From Ginglymostoma cirratum (Eukaryota): a DNA stretch of 64,000 nt. A model generated the notes under the pieces. The model did no database searches. It saw nothing but the letters and a program-made list of their open reading frames with translations, and was not told the origin of the DNA. The first letter of the stretch is position 1. Every line of letters starts with the position of its first letter. The stretch covers positions 557,350-621,349 of the forward strand of contig JAHRHZ010000074.1 in the NCBI GenBank assembly GCA_024137785.1, written 5' to 3'. The position numbers and the translations under genes are program-made. Of this stretch, positions 61,083-64,000 are shown one piece after another.

Positions 61083-62713
61083 TCAAAATAAAACAACAGT
61101 TCCTCCAGCTTGTTGCCTCAATTTGAAAGAGCAATTCAGAAAATGTTAGTATTGCTGGATTCTCATGAGATATTCATTTCTTATCTGTTGTGTGTGATAC
61201 AATTCTACATACCACTACAGACAGCTCCTTTAACTCTTATCTAAAGCAAAGCAGATGTTGGAATGAAAAACACTTGATTAAAATTTATCTGATGCAAACA
61301 CGGTGAGTAGCATATTATAGCAAATGAGGCTTTCCAAAATGTTATTTCAGGGTGTCAGTAACTCTTTACTGATATAAATCTATGCAAATTATGCAAAATA
61401 AAAAAGCAAATAGGTTAAAAAGTGAATAATATATAAATAAGCTTCTTCACCATTTCAGAACCAAAATCCTGTTACTCTAAGGGCTGGAAAGAGAAAAATT
61501 ACGGTATGTTGTAATCTGCTTTTACATAGGTTGTAACTCTCAGTTCTTGGAGGCTGACTCTCCCAAAATTAATATAGATTCAACATACTGATACTGTTTC
61601 TTCTCTTCAATTGCTCACTAGTGCAACAGCTCCCTGACACAATTAGAAATCAATTGTATCAATGGAGAAATAGTCTGCTCATAGCATGATATCAATTTAT
61701 TGCAGAACATACAATCGTACATCAGCTTATAAGCATTAGATTAGGGCTGACATCTGTCCAATTCGACATCTCTCCTCATGTCCAAATCATTTTCAAAATT
61801 AATTGTGATACTCCAGCTGGTGCAATGAATTTTGATATCTTATTGTCTGAGTTTAATGTGGAGGAATTCATTCTTCCCAAATATAATCACCCAATCAAAA
61901 TGTACCAACCAAATGTCATTATATCTTAAATATAAGGATCAGAATACGTACTTTGTATTTCAGATGGCAAGCAAAATAGTGCCTTCTTATTTTACTGTAG
62001 TTCATACAAATTCCAAGCTTATTGGTAAGCATTGTCAATAACAAGAAAATTTAAAGCACATTACATCAAAACCTAAAGTCTAGCCTGATAATTGTATTTG
62101 TCAGATGTCAAGTGCATTTATTGATGACTACAGTATCATTAATCATACTGTTGTTAGGCAACAAAAATTCAATGACACCTTTAAGTGAAATCGTGAAAGA
62201 ATTTGATCAAAACGTTTCTTTCTTTGATATGTTCAAGTAGATGAAGGACATGTTTGATGATTATAATGTGTAATTATATTTGTGTTTCAATATGACCTTA
62301 TAGCTGAAGGACAATAACATGCTCAATGTGCTTTCATGCCTGTGTGCTGTTGCTGAGTACAAAGAAGATCTGAGCATTTAATTAACTGAGGGAAATGAAA
62401 AAAGACATGGAGGTACATCTTCCCTTTTTCATTGGAAGGTTCATTAACATTCCTATTTTTGAGATTTATTGCCGCTAATATCCTTCCACATGAAACTTGC
62501 CAAGTGTGGTGTTGGAAACAGTCTTTCACTACTTTGGCAGCAAGGTTATCACCAGAAATGTGTGACCAATCCTGCCTTACCTCTGATAATGCCAGCTTCA
62601 GATTTATCAAGCACTTTAACAGCTGCTCAACTGATACTTCTGATACATGCTGATGCCATCTCAGTCGTACGGACCACAGTTCTGGACACTACCACGTTTC
62701 TATTGTACACTGA

Positions 62714-64000
62714 GAATCATAGAATAGTTACAATGTAGATGGAACCCATTCAGCTCTTTGTATCTGTACTGACTCTCTGTAAGAGCTACTCAGCTGGTCC
62801 CTGTCTCTGGCGTCTTTCTTGTAGCCCTGACTTTGTTCCTCCCTTCAGGTGCTTATCTGATTTTCCTGAAAAGCCATGGTTATATCTGCCTCCACTACAC
62901 TTTCTGAAAGGTCCTTCCAGATCCTACCACTCACCGCATAAAAATGTTTTTCCTGATATGTTCTCTGGGTTTTTCTTTTGTCAGCCACCTAAGTTTGGTG
63001 TCTTCTGGTTCTTGATCCTTCCCCTAAAGAAAATAATTCCTGCCTATCTACTCTGTCCAGAAACCTCAAGATTTTGATTGACTGTGAATCAATTCTCCTT
63101 GCAACCTGCTTTTCACTGAACAGAACAGCTTCAGTCACCCATCCACAATGCTACAGTTGAATCTGAACCAGTGTTTCATAAAGGTTTAGCATTATTTCCT
63201 CATTCTTGTGCCTTATTCGTCAACATACAAATCCAGGATTCCAGGTGTTTGTGAACAACATTCTCAAACTACCCTGCCACCATAATTTATGAACATATAT
63301 CCAGAAACTGCTCTGTTCTTGCACTAACTTTAGAATTGGATCCTTTATTTTACATCTTTATGTCTTCTGTTGTTTCTCCTACCTAAATGTATTACATCTC
63401 ATGTCTTTAGGCTAAAATTCAGCTACCACTAATTCAACCATTCCATCAGTTTTCCCATGCCCATTTGAAGTCTATCACTATCCTCCTCATGCTCACAATA
63501 CTTCCATGTTTTTGTGTAATCAGTAACTTTTAAAATTGTGCCAAAATCTAGAACCTAATTATAGATGAAGAAAAGCAGCAGTCCTAAAATCAACACCATG
63601 AAGAACCCCGATATGTATAACTTAGATTCATTTCGAAAATAACATCCATTTATCACTACTCTGCTTGTTGTCACTCAGGCAACATTGTATCCATGCTGCT
63701 GATGGCCCAATTATTCTCTGGGCTTTAACGTTACTGACATTTTATTAAACATCTTTTGCAAGTCCATGTATAGCACATCAACTACATTGTTCTCATCAAA
63801 CCTTTCTGTTACGTCGTCTAGAAACCTGATTCCATTAGAATAGCAATTTGCCCTTAACAAATCTGCGTTGGCTTTTCTTAATTAATCCACATTTGGCTAA
63901 TTGATTGGTAACTCTGTCCTGGGTTATCATTTCTGAATGCTTCTACGGCAGCAAGATTAAACTTAGAAAGCTTATCCCATGGATGATGCTCAATATCAAT
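62714..64000 (-). mobile_element. Old CR1 LINE running off the window end
   Basis: Reverse-complement RT remnants (KGKLLF, VLYMDLQKMFNK) and a 3' tail near 62714. Confidence 0.75.

Overview
AT-rich, repeat-dense vertebrate genomic DNA. The CR1, L2, SINE and Penelope families point to a cartilaginous fish, probably a shark (inference). One host gene is recognisable: two late coding exons of RALYL (hnRNP C family) on the minus strand, at 60920-61033 and 48730-48908. Most of the rest is transposon debris: CR1 and L2 LINE fragments, tRNA-derived SINEs, Penelope-like elements carrying minimal hammerhead-ribozyme motifs, a Gypsy relic, a 1.35 kb solo LTR, Harbinger relics and Tigger-type MITEs. The most unusual signal lies between the repeats: several degenerate coding-like segments that read as endogenous negative-strand RNA virus sequences. 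The best is a Mononegavirales/Jingchuvirales-type L gene with colinear RdRp and capping-domain motifs (about 19.7-23.7 kb, apparently continuing at 43.4-44.5 kb). A hantavirid-like Gn-tail zinc finger (51.0-51.6 kb) and a possible bunyaviral L piece (54.3-54.9 kb) lie inside the RALYL intron. All viral calls come from manual translation with assumed frameshifts and motifs recalled from memory, so they need a homology search. Repeat boundaries are approximate unless termini or TSDs are quoted.
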